A DNA stretch of 64,000 bases. Source: Proteromonas lacertae (taxonomy: Eukaryota). This document shows, one piece after another, positions 1-10,445 of the stretch. The notes beneath the pieces are model-generated. The model ran no database searches and was not told the origin of the DNA. It saw only the letters and a list, made by a program, of their open reading frames with translations. Each line of letters begins with the position of its first letter. The stretch's first letter is position 1. The stretch spans positions 1 through 64,000 of the forward strand of contig NGBS01000878.1 of the NCBI GenBank assembly GCA_002245135.1. The letters are read 5' to 3'. The position numbers and the translations under genes were made by a program.

Positions 1-34
1 TTCTTAACGTATATATATATATTTATATATAACA

Positions 35-816
35 ATGGGTAAATTTAAAGATTGGTTAAAAAAATCAAAAATTCTATCAAATGCAGCTAAGTTAATACCT
101 TTTGCTGGACAGCAATTGGTGATAGTATTGAGAATATGGGTTATGGTAGACGTAGAAGAAGAAGAACAGTTAGAAGAACAAGAAGAAGTAGTGTAAGAAG
201 AAGATGTCCTTTAAGAAGAAGAAAGACAAGTGCTATTACTTTAACTTGTAATTGCATAAAGGTTAAACAAGGAAGAAGAAAAGCTAGAAAAACAAGAAGA
301 ACTAGAAGACATAGATTTACTAGTGATGGTAGATTAATTAGATCAGCAGGTTTAGGTAGCTGGTTAAAAAAAGGAATAACAAAAGTTAAAGATTTTGTGA
401 CTTCTGACAAATTTAAAAATGGTATTGAAAAAGCAAAAGAGATTAACAGCACATTGAGAGAGAAGAAGTATATAAGCAATATAGCAAGAAAAGCTCGTAA
501 TGTTGCTAATACATTAGGTTTTGATAAAGTTGCTGATGTTGCTGATAAAGTATATAATACATCATCTAAATTCGGTTATGGTAAACAAAGAGTTAAAGGT
601 GGTTTAAGATATAAACAAAATGGTGCTGGTTTAAGAAAACTAATTGCAAGAAGAATGCCAGTTAGTAATGGTGCAGGTAAGAGAAGAAAACTAATTGCAA
701 GAAGTTTGCCAGTTAATAATGGTTTAACAAAACCATGTGGATTTAATAAAAAAGGTATTTATAATCCACAAGTTGATTTAGAAATTTTTTTAGCATACAG
801 TGTTAAACATAAATAA
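35..816 (+). CDS. Arg-rich virion core/membrane-active precursor-like protein (adenovirus pVII/pVI-like analogue); apparent 1-nt frameshift near 110
   Basis: ATG35 gives MGKFKDWLKKSKILSNAAKLIPFAG; a -1 shift at ~110 gives AIGDSIENMGYG-RRRRRR and joins ORF 136..816. The protein has poly-Arg blocks, GYG/GAG/GLG/VKGG sites, and the amphipathic segment GLGSWLKKGITKVKDF. Confidence 0.6.
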
Positions 817-858
817 TAAAAATTAAAAAATATTATTCATTCATAAAATTCTTATATA

Positions 859-893
<35 letters not shown>

Positions 894-896
894 AAA

Positions 897-1466
897 ATGA
901 ATAGTAATAAAAATCAAAAAGTAAAAATTACACGTGATTATTATCATAGTGATTCATCTGATGAAGATGATTATAATACACCATTAGCACAAGATATGAG
1001 TAAGACTGATAGAGAGATTGCAGAGTTATTATATAGGTTAAATAAAAATGAAGATGAATTGGTAAATGATAAATCTGAGTTTAATGAACTAGATGACATT
1101 GATAATAAAAATTATATACCAACAAGGCAATCAGTCAAAAAGAATATAAAATTAAGTGAAGAAGCTAGATTACAAAGAATTAAAAACTTAGAGAAAGCTA
1201 GAGCAACAAGAATGAAAAATTTATATGAGAAGAGAAGGAGAGAAAAAGCATTAGATAATTTGAATATTAAAGAGGTTGAAAAGGATTTAGATGTTGATGA
1301 GACATGTACTCTTGATACAATTAAAAAACCTGTTAATAAAAAGAAATGCATTAAAGTACCTGGTAGTGATGATCCATTTAGTATAGGTGATAAAAAAGAT
1401 GGTTTAGAACCAGTTCCAGAAGATGCTAAGATGCCTGGTGATGATGCAATATTACCAATATATTAA
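897..1466 (+). CDS. Element-encoded hypothetical protein with a basic helix (LSEEARLQRIKNLEKARATR)
   Basis: Intact intronless 189-aa ORF whose ATG is preceded by a (TA)n tract; it lies within the viral gene run. Confidence 0.7.
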   Translation: MNSNKNQKVKITRDYYHSDSSDEDDYNTPLAQDMSKTDREIAELLYRLNKNEDELVNDKSEFNELDDIDNKNYIPTRQSVKKNIKLSEEARLQRIKNLEKARATRMKNLYEKRRREKALDNLNIKEVEKDLDVDETCTLDTIKKPVNKKKCIKVPGSDDPFSIGDKKDGLEPVPEDAKMPGDDAILPIY

Positions 1467-1541
1467 TTTATTATAATATTTTTTATTATATGTTTTCTTA
1501 GTGGTTTTATATATATATATATACATATATACATATATAAT

Positions 1542-4500
1542 ATGAGTAATAAAAAATCAAAAAATAAGTTATCTAAAAAGATGACAAATTTATTAATGAA
1601 GAGAATATTAAAACGTATTAGACGTAGAGCAAAGGTGAAGAAGTTTAATAAACATGTTAAAACTAATAGTGAAGCAGAACTTATAAAGTATTATATGAAT
1701 AGTGTTGAAAGAAATAAAGCAAGAGAGGAAGCATTTAATGAATATAATCAAAAAGAATATATGCAAGGTGTAAATCAAAAAGAATTAATAATATGGATGA
1801 AGCAATGGAACATATTATCAATAATATTGAAAGATATAGAAATCCTGATTCAGATAGGCTAAAGAAAAATTTTGAAATGTATCAAGATGCAATTAGACAT
1901 GGAAAAGCAAGTGCTACAGATGCAGATAAATATTTAGGACCTATTGAACAATCAGTTATGATAGGTGATGAAATTTATCATCATGATCCTAACTTTGTTT
2001 ATACTAGAAATGCACATCATAAACCAGGTGATGATGTTTATAGAAGAGGTCCTCCAAAAAGAGCTTCGATATATTGACCTGATGATGGTGATGATGGAGA
2101 TAATGGAGGTGATGGAGGAAATCATAGAGTTAGAAATCCATTACCAGGACCAAATATACATGGTCCACCACAAGTACCAAATGATGGAAATATTCACATA
2201 GTTCAAGACGGTGGAGGTGATAATGGTGGTATAGTAGTGAACCCACCACCTAGAGTTCCACCTCCTAGAGGTGGTATAGTAGTGAACCCACCAGTATATA
2301 GACATCCTCCACATAGAGTAGTAATAGTTAACCCTCCACCTAGAGTTCCACCTCCTAATGTAGTAAACCCACCACCACCTAGTGGTGATGGTGGTGTTAG
2401 AATAGTTAACCCCCCGCCACCTATAGATGTACCATCTAGAGTACCTGTAGTGAATCGAATTCCTTTAGAACATAATCCATCATCACCAGTGTATGAACCA
2501 GCAAGAATAGTTAATCCACCAGGTATATCTGGAGGATTATCTATTCCAGAAAATAATGTTCCATTAATAGTTCCATCAAGAGATAGAAATTCAACAGATA
2601 ATATACCTTTACCTAACAGTAAACCATCATCACCTATTTATGAAAGAGAAAGAGAAAGAAGTGCATCACCAATACCAATTAATGATAATGATGATGGTGA
2701 GACAAGATATAATTTTAGACGTGAAAGAAATAGACCTAAAAGATATGAAGATGAATTTGTTGCTTATGATGGAACTACATATATTCATGAACCATCAAAT
2801 CGAGTATTAGAAAGTACTAGTCCTCAAATTTATGTAAATAAACCTCACAAGAAAAGAATATTATCTAAAATTACACCACATGAAAATATAAATCAATATA
2901 ATAGAAGATTATTAACTCAAAATAATTATGATGATATAGTAATTGAAGAACCACCTCCACCACTACCACCATTAGTAACAGATAATAGTACATCACCAAT
3001 ACCAGTTAATGATAATGATGATGGTGAGACAAGATATAATTTTAGACGTGAAAGAAATAGACCTAAAAGATATGAAGATGAATTTGTTGCTTATGATGGA
3101 ACTACATATATTCATGAACCATCAAATCGAGTATTAGAAAGTACTAGTCCTCAAATTTATGTAAATAAACCTCACAAGAAAAGAATATTATCTAAAATTA
3201 CACCACATGAAAATATAAATCAATATAATAGAAGATTATTAACTCAAAATAATTATGATGATGTAGTGATTGAAGAACCGCCTCCACCACCAGTAATAGA
3301 TAATAGTACATCACCTATTACAACAAAATTAAGAACAGTTAATGATACATCTAATATAAATTCATATGTAAGATCACCTAGGCATTTAAGAATTATAATG
3401 CCTTCTAGTAATGATATGCAATCATTAATAGTATCAATAAATGATAGAGCACAAAGATCATTGGTTAATAATGGAACAAGTAATTTATTATATGATAATA
3501 ATAATAATTTATCAATTCTTAACGATTCTACTGATTTTATAAATTCTAATAACCGTCATCTTAATATAAATATGGGAAATAATATAGATATTGATCCGCT
3601 ACCTCAAAGTAATGATAATGAAGAACATCAAAGAGAGATAGAAAATAGATTAAATGCTGAGATACAAGAGAGAGAAAGAATAGAACAAACTTGTAAAGAA
3701 TATTTAGCAGAAAGAGATAAAATTAGAAATACAATGGCTGATTATCAGAATCGAATATACAATATGACAGCAATAAATAATAATTTATTAAATAAAATAT
3801 CTTCTCTTGAACAAGAAACTGAATTACAAAATAAATATAATGCTTTAGCTGCTCATTATGAACATGTAAATAATCAATTAAATGAACTACAAAATAGATT
3901 AAATGTACCACATGTTAATAGTAGCACAAATACTATACCAGTTAGTGAAAATGATGAATCAACTAGTCCTATTCCATTAGATATAAATGATCAATCAACT
4001 AGTCCTATATCTATTTCATTAAATACTCAAGATGCATCAACGAATACAGATAAAAATTTAGGAAAAAGAATATCTGTTAAATCAAAACGATTAAATAATG
4101 ATGATTATATAGTTGATTGGAATAGTACAGGAAAATATAAAGATAAAAAAGGTGAAATAAAACTTATAATGAAAGATTCAAAATCAGATAAAAGAAGAAA
4201 TGTTTTACACAATAGAAGAAAAAATAAAAGATTAGATACAGTATCAACTAAATCAACGACAACACCTATTCAACAACCTCCGCCACCAACACCAGTACCT
4301 ATTCAACAACCACCACCACCAACACCAACACCGGCACCTATTCAACAACCATCACCACCAACAACAACACCAACACCACAAACACAAGTACAAGTTCCAC
4401 CATTAAATTTATCTAAAGTAGAAGAGTCAACTTCACCAATACAAAAAGCTAATACTTCTCAAGTACCTTCAATTAACATAAATGAAAAAGCTAAACAAAT

Positions 4501-5356
4501 GCTTAATAATTTCTTTCATGGTGCATCTAAAGCAACTGAAGTTATAAAAAATATGAGTCAAGGAACAGTTAATACTATATCAGATATATTTCATACAATA
4601 AAAAATGTTACGGAAACAGAAAAAAATGAATCAGAAATAAAGAAGAAACAAAAAGAATTGGAATTATTACAAGAAAAACGTGTAAGAGAAAAACGTGCAA
4701 GAGATGAAAGAGCAGCAAAAAGAGAAAGATTAAAAGAAATAAGATTAAGAGCAATTGAAGAGGCTGAAAAATCAGAGAGGAGAAGAAAAGTAGCACAAAT
4801 AAATGAACCACCTCCACCATTACCAGGAAGAGTATTAAGAAATAAAGATGAAAGACGTAAAAATTCGAAATATTATAATAATGATAATTTAGTTGATGCA
4901 AGTGGAAATGGAACATATAAAGATATTAATGGTAATGAAGTTACAATTACAATTGGTAAAAAAGTAAATAAACCTGTTAAGAATAAAAGAAGAAAGATAA
5001 ATATTACATTAAATAATGATAATAATAATAATCAACAAAATGAAGTACCAATTACAAATAATAATAATGAAGTACCAGTTGCTGTAACTGATAATGAAAA
5101 AGAAAAAGATTATGATGATGATCCAGATTCAATTATGGCTGTAGGCTATAATACATTTTATCGTCCTATTAGAGAAGATGCTGATATAAATAGACCACTT
5201 ACATCAAATGCAATTCACTTTAGAGATAATCGAGATAGAATTGATTACTTCCAAATGATTCAAAGTAATGGTATAGATCCTGCTAGAGCACGTTTAAGTG
5301 ATGCTGATTTAAATAGATATTATGAATGGCTTAATAGGTCACATAATAAAAAATAA
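1542..5356 (+). pseudogene. Large basic/Pro-rich/coiled-coil element protein split by a frameshift (~1780) and an in-frame TGA (2075-2077); disrupted or recoded
   Basis: ORF 1542..1862 overlaps ORF 1793..2077 at an A5 run. ORF 1793..2077 and the open frame 2078..5356 are in the same frame, separated by one TGA. The downstream ORF starts at GTG and has no nearby ATG. Confidence 0.6.
2664..3291 (+). repeat. Near-identical 327-bp (109-codon) tandem duplication inside the Pro-rich ORF
   Basis: The segment SPIP(I/V)NDNDDGETRYNFRR...YDD(I/V)VIEEPPPP occurs twice with offset 327 (for example 2705 and 3032) and very few mismatches. Confidence 0.95.
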
Positions 5357-5418
5357 TTGATATATTTATATTTTTTATTTAGACATATATATGATGTTTT
5401 ATATATAAATAACATAGA

Positions 5419-6582
5419 ATGAATGATTTACAACATAAAATTTATGAATTATATAAAGACTTTGGTTATTTAAATAAGAATGATTTCATAAATTTTAGTG
5501 TTGATGAATTATCATCAAAGTATTCAAAACCTGATATAACAAAAACTGCTAAAGAGTTAGTTGAATCAAAACCAGATTACCAAGTAGCAGTTAAAAAAAG
5601 AATAAATATTAAATATGAAATAGAAAAGATACCAGGTTCATATCAAATGGATATTATATTTTTTAATAATACAAAATTACCTTTTTTATTTATAATTGAA
5701 GTAGTTAGTAGAAAAGTGTGGATATATTATGTTAAAAGTAAAACTGAATCAAGCGTATTTCCAGTTTTTGAATCATGGTTTTATCAAGGTCTTAAACATG
5801 TTAATGAAAATGCTAGATTTGTAGGTTCTATTTTGATGGATCAAGAATCTGGTGTAATATATGGTAATAAGTTTTTGCAGCTATTTAATAAAAATAATAT
5901 TAGATTTATAATGAAAGATACTGATGAACATAATATAATGAAAATATTAGATAGCGCAGTAAGAACTATTAAAAATATGTTTTATAGATACTTGAATACT
6001 TTTGATGATAAAGAATTTGAAAAGTTAAATAATCTTAATGGTCTAATTGAAATAGTTAACACTGTAGTATTATATTATAATTCAAAACCACATAGCTCAC
6101 TTAATAATTATACACCAAATGAAGTACATGATGATTTTGAATTACAAGATTTGTTTTATAAAGAATCAAGACAAAGAAATAAAGAACGAAGATTAAAAGA
6201 TACTAAATTTGATAGAAATGAATATGTTAGAGTTAAAGAGAGAAGAAGAAATAAGTTAGATAAAAGTAGATATTTTAATGATAAAGTTTATATGATTGAT
6301 AAAAGAACACCTTTTTCTTACTCATTAAAGAATATAGATGGATCAATTCCTTCTGAATTTAATCCTAAAAACCTTGGTTTATTTAAATTTAAACCATATG
6401 AATTAAGAAAAATTAAAAATGCTATTAAAACAAAGGGTAGATTTAGGTTAAGTGCAATAAAAAGCATAAATTCAAACAAAAATGATAGTGATAAAAATGA
6501 TAAAGTAACATATATTGCACCTAAAAATATAAGAAAGAGTTCTTTTGGTAGAACTATAAGACCTAATTCAAAATATACATAA
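5419..6582 (+). CDS. Retroviral-type (rve) integrase, Polinton/Ginger-like
   Basis: Motifs YQMDII (D78), LMDQES (D141), ILDSAVRTIKN (D178) and YNSKPHSSLNNYTPNEV, followed by an SH3-like tail (F..NEYVRV...Y.LK...FKPYEL). No HHCC zinc finger or chromodomain. Confidence 0.92.
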   Translation: MNDLQHKIYELYKDFGYLNKNDFINFSVDELSSKYSKPDITKTAKELVESKPDYQVAVKKRINIKYEIEKIPGSYQMDIIFFNNTKLPFLFIIEVVSRKVWIYYVKSKTESSVFPVFESWFYQGLKHVNENARFVGSILMDQESGVIYGNKFLQLFNKNNIRFIMKDTDEHNIMKILDSAVRTIKNMFYRYLNTFDDKEFEKLNNLNGLIEIVNTVVLYYNSKPHSSLNNYTPNEVHDDFELQDLFYKESRQRNKERRLKDTKFDRNEYVRVKERRRNKLDKSRYFNDKVYMIDKRTPFSYSLKNIDGSIPSEFNPKNLGLFKFKPYELRKIKNAIKTKGRFRLSAIKSINSNKNDSDKNDKVTYIAPKNIRKSSFGRTIRPNSKYT

Positions 6583-6741
6583 AATAAAAAATTAAACTAA
6601 CTATATTATTTAATATTTTGATTTTATTAAAATAAGCTTGAAATCATCAAACATTTCATTAAAAAACGGTTTCTTTCGATTTTGAAATCATTTTTTATTT
6701 TCGACTTTCTCAACACCTTATTCAATATTTCTTTTTAAAAA

Positions 6742-8156
6742 ATGAGTGTACGTGTTAAACATACTTCACCTAGAGATAATGAAGATAATTCTTCATCAAA
6801 GACATTAAAAGTTGTTAAGAAGAGTATATAAATACATCATTAAATATATATAGATGAAAAGAAGACTCAACAAAATGAAGAAGCATTAGCACTACCTTCA
6901 TCATCGAATTCTAATCAAAAAACAGGTATCTATATATATATTATATTATATTATATTATATATACATAGCTTTTGTGCATAGATTTAACAGAAAAAGCAT
7001 TAACAGCTTAGATGTCAAAGAATGGATTAAAATTAGAAGTATTGCACAAAACATTATAAATTATTGTGATGATAAAATCAAATATATTCATTATAATAAC
7101 AGTCCAAGTTTATTATCCTTATCATCAGTAATTAGATATGCTAGTTCATTAAATTTATTCTTTGATGCAGTTGAAAAGAATCCTCAATACATAAATGGTG
7201 AGGTACTAAAAGATATTGATGAAGTCTTATTAATTAGCCCATATTCTCTAGGTGACAATTTTACAACTGATAATAAGTTATTAGGTGGTGTGAAAAGAAA
7301 AGCTAATATTGATGATGATGATGAAGATGATGATGGATGTATTAAACGCAGTAAAAGATGTAGAAAACTAACACCTAAATCAAATATTGGTGGTGAAAGC
7401 ATTAAAGTGCATAAAATAAATACTACTATCAAAAAGCCTTTAAAGTCTGAGAAGAATTTAGTTGATGATGCATTAAAAAATAAGGAGACTGATTGGATTA
7501 ATGATAATGATGTTTTTGAAGATTTTGATGATGATAATGAAGTTATCAAAATTAATGTATCAAAACCAAAGGTAAATATAAAAAAAGATAAAATTACACC
7601 AGTAGCTAAAGTTATTACTGATGAAACTAAAATTACACCACCAGCTAAAGTTATTATTAATAAAGATACATTAAAGGAAATGGAAGACAATATTAACAAT
7701 GATAAAGATTATTATTACAGCAAACATAATTGGGCTAATCCCAAAAAAATTATACAACCAACACTTAAACCGATATTACCTAAAGTGAATTATGAAATTG
7801 CTGAACCACCACCAATAGTTCATGAAAAACCAATTGTTAAAGAAATAGCACCATCATTACCACCTAAACCTTTAGTTAAGATTGCACCTAAACCTTATGG
7901 TACAATCATTAAAGACAATACTCCACCAGTTAAAGTTACACCACAAGATCAGTATGATGTCTTTAAAAAGAAGGTTGAATATCAAAATGAATTAGAAAAA
8001 CAAATTGCTTCATTGAAAAAGACATATGTGCAACAGTTAAGAGATGAAAACCCTAATCTCAAGTTTGATGATGATGGCAATATTGTTGATGTTGATATTG
8101 ATAATGATATTGATTTCAGTCCAGATGAAAGTATATTTGATGACTTTCTTAAATAA
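6742..8156 (+). CDS. Hypothetical Lys/Pro-rich protein, 3 exons
   Basis: ATG6742; removing GT-AG introns 6824-6853 (30 nt) and 6926-6969 (44 nt) joins in frame to ORF 6975..8156. Confidence 0.75.
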
Positions 8157-8322
8157 AAAAAAGTAATTAAAATACTTACTTCTATTTTGCTAAGTTATAC
8201 CTTATCTTTATATTAAAAAGGTAGTCTTTAAAGAATTGAATTATTATTTTTGTTTTTTATTTGGGAAAGATATATACATACATATTCATCTATTACATTA
8301 TAAAATATAACATATATATTAA

Positions 8323-8661
8323 TTAATTATTTTTCTTCTCATTCATATCTAAACTTATATCATCTAGTGATCTATTTGAATGAATTCTTGATACTTTTGG
8401 TGATGGTAGAGGCACTGTTCTTGACATAAATGTAGTCATAGGAACTGATGTACTTGGTGTTACTGGTTCATCTAATATTCTTGATATATCTTCTGGGCAA
8501 TGTCTTCGATATAAATAAACACCTATTTGTTTGATTTTATTTAATAACCATAAACCTAACAAAAATAATACTATATACATCTCATTTTTAAGTGAATCAA
8601 CTGTACTTGATACATCTTTCAAAGAATTCAATATAGATGTATTTGATGATTGATTCATCAT
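8323..8661 (-). CDS. Small single-pass membrane protein
   Basis: 112-aa ORF with the hydrophobic segment MYIVLFLLGLWLL followed by basic residues; a TA tract precedes the ATG. Confidence 0.6.
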   Translation of the reverse strand: MMNQSSNTSILNSLKDVSSTVDSLKNEMYIVLFLLGLWLLNKIKQIGVYLYRRHCPEDISRILDEPVTPSTSVPMTTFMSRTVPLPSPKVSRIHSNRSLDDISLDMNEKKNN

Positions 8662-8751
8662 ATATATAAATACACTTAAAAACTCTATTATATATTAGAG
8701 AGAAACCCAAATAGAAATAATGATTCAATATATATATATATTTAACAATTT

Positions 8752-9210
8752 TTATAATTGTATTTTATTAAGTTTATGAATATAATGTCTCATGCATTTC
8801 TTACATACATTATTCTTATATATTTTTAACTTAGATTTCATTTTTCTACATATAAAACATCTTATTTTATCGTCATCTTTTCTATGCTTATGTTTAGCTG
8901 AATATTTTGTTAAATTTTTATAGTATTTAAATAAGAATTTAAAACATACTTTACATAATGTAATTTCTTTTGATCTATACTCATTTTTAAAGAAACGAGC
9001 GCAATAACCACATTTAAATTTATCATCAGCATCAACTGATATGCTTCTAAGTTCATTCTGTTTTTTACTTCTATATTTTGCACCATAACATCTATTATAT
9101 TCTTTGCATTTATTACAAAGAATTGTAATTCTACCTCTATCATTCATAAAATCATTAATAGGCTTAATACATTCACATCTTTTACAGCGCTTTTTTTCAC
9201 TTGTATCCAT
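8752..9210 (-). CDS. Basic Cys-rich zinc-finger protein (three CxxC...CxxC units)
   Basis: CKRC..CNKC, CGYC..CKVC and CFIC..CKKC; intronless and Lys-rich, as in small viral DNA-binding proteins. Confidence 0.75.
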   Translation of the reverse strand: MDTSEKKRCKRCECIKPINDFMNDRGRITILCNKCKEYNRCYGAKYRSKKQNELRSISVDADDKFKCGYCARFFKNEYRSKEITLCKVCFKFLFKYYKNLTKYSAKHKHRKDDDKIRCFICRKMKSKLKIYKNNVCKKCMRHYIHKLNKIQL

Positions 9211-9296
9211 TTTTCTATTTTTATAAAAAAGAAAAAATAATGTAAAGAAAATTTATAATGAAAATCTTATCGAAAATTATAGTGTTGAAAAACACT

Positions 9297-9361
9297 TGTT
9301 ATTTTCGTTTATTTTATTGGTTTATGTTATTTTCGATTATTTTATTGGTTTATGTTATTTT
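9297..9361 (-). promoter_or_regulatory. 28-bp tandem repeat (x2.3), each full copy with a CCAAT box, upstream of the zinc-finger gene
   Basis: TGTTATTTTCG(T/A)TTATTTTATTGGTTTA at 9297 and 9325; ATTGG is CCAAT on the minus strand, ~110-140 nt upstream of ATG9210. Confidence 0.5.
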
Positions 9362-9579
9362 TATTAATTTTATATAGAAAAAATAAAAAAAACAATTCAA
9401 TCAATAGTAATAAGTGTTAATTATAACATTACTATATTTTTCTAATTAGTTTTTATCTTTTAATACCTTCTTAGTGATACTCTTTAACACTTTAGGATTT
9501 AATCTGTGCTTCTTCATCATTTTTTCTTCTAACTCTTGTTTTTTGAACATTGTATCATAATAACGCTGGAGGTCCATAG

Positions 9580-10119
9580 CTAGTGACATGTCACTAGCAA
9601 CTTTGAAATTGAGCTCTTCTCTTTCTGCCTTGGCTCTTCTTCTACCATCTCTGATCCTTTTACCTACTAAGCTTTCATTACGCAGCTTTTTGATTTCTTC
9701 GTAGGTTAAGGTATCAGATGAAGATGGTGGTGGTATTGGTGAATAACTATAAATAAATATATATATAAATAATATAAAATATACATTGGCGATTTTTCTT
9801 CTGCTTTTGGAGGTTCATCATTAGGATTATCGATTTTGATATATAAACGATATGGATTAAATGGATTAAAAGGACGACCAGTTACTGGTGCACCTAATAA
9901 AATTATATATATATCAGAGTAATAAATTATACTGATTCTACGTCTTTTAATACCTTTAGACTGATCCATTAATGCACATTTGGTACATATATCCCTAACT
10001 TTATGATTAGGTATGCTACTGATGTTTTTTAAGCGATTTTCAAAGTCTTTATCACTTTGAGTACTATTACTATCACTATCAGTATCAGTGTCTGATACAT
10101 ATATCACTTGATGACTCAT
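9580..10119 (-). CDS. Hypothetical protein, probably 3 exons; C-terminus possibly disrupted
   Basis: ATG10119 with candidate introns 9894-9932 and 9747-9784. The spliced frame stops at 9580, while an overlapping frame (RIRDGRRRAKAER...KDKN) runs on to 9446. Confidence 0.5.
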
Positions 10120-10166
10120 TATTTTTAAAATTAATTATTTTATGAAAATGTCAGGAAAATGCTGAA

Positions 10167-10445
10167 TGAACTCTAGATGCAAAATCAATTATATATCTAA
10201 ATTTTTATATTATTTAATGAATCATGATTCATTTGAGAATTTCTTGATGTTTTTGATGTATCTTTTATTATTAACAAAATATATATAAATATTAAAAAAA
10301 TATGTATATTAATCATCTCTACAGATTTATAGTGAGATGAATCAATTATAGAGTTTTTAGAATTTTTTAGTGAACCTCTAGATTTAGTGAACCTCTAGAT
10401 GTAGTGAGCTGTTCTACCCCCCAGCAGGGTAGTCATCTCTACAGA
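10167..10445. repeat. Repeat cluster, putative terminal/subterminal region of the element
   Basis: 17-bp tandem TTTAGTGAACCTCTAGA (10366, 10383); TGAACTCTAGA (10167); 13-bp direct repeat TCATCTCTACAGA (10313, 10433); hairpin CTACCC-N7-GGGTAG (10414-10432). Confidence 0.7.

Noticed and set aside
5419..6582. LTR retrotransposon interpretation of the integrase
   Set aside because: Stand-alone ORF with its own ATG, no adjacent RT, RNase H, protease or gag, no HHCC, and no LTRs seen.
141..7699. Minus-strand ORFs 141..479, 1112..1351, 4608..4916 and 7184..7699
   Set aside because: Antisense to better-supported plus-strand genes, with compositions typical of shadow frames.
10313..10445. CRISPR-like or tRNA-like structure in the repeat cluster
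   Set aside because: Repeats are short, only two copies each, with no regular unique spacers or cas genes; no cloverleaf is evident; the context is eukaryotic.
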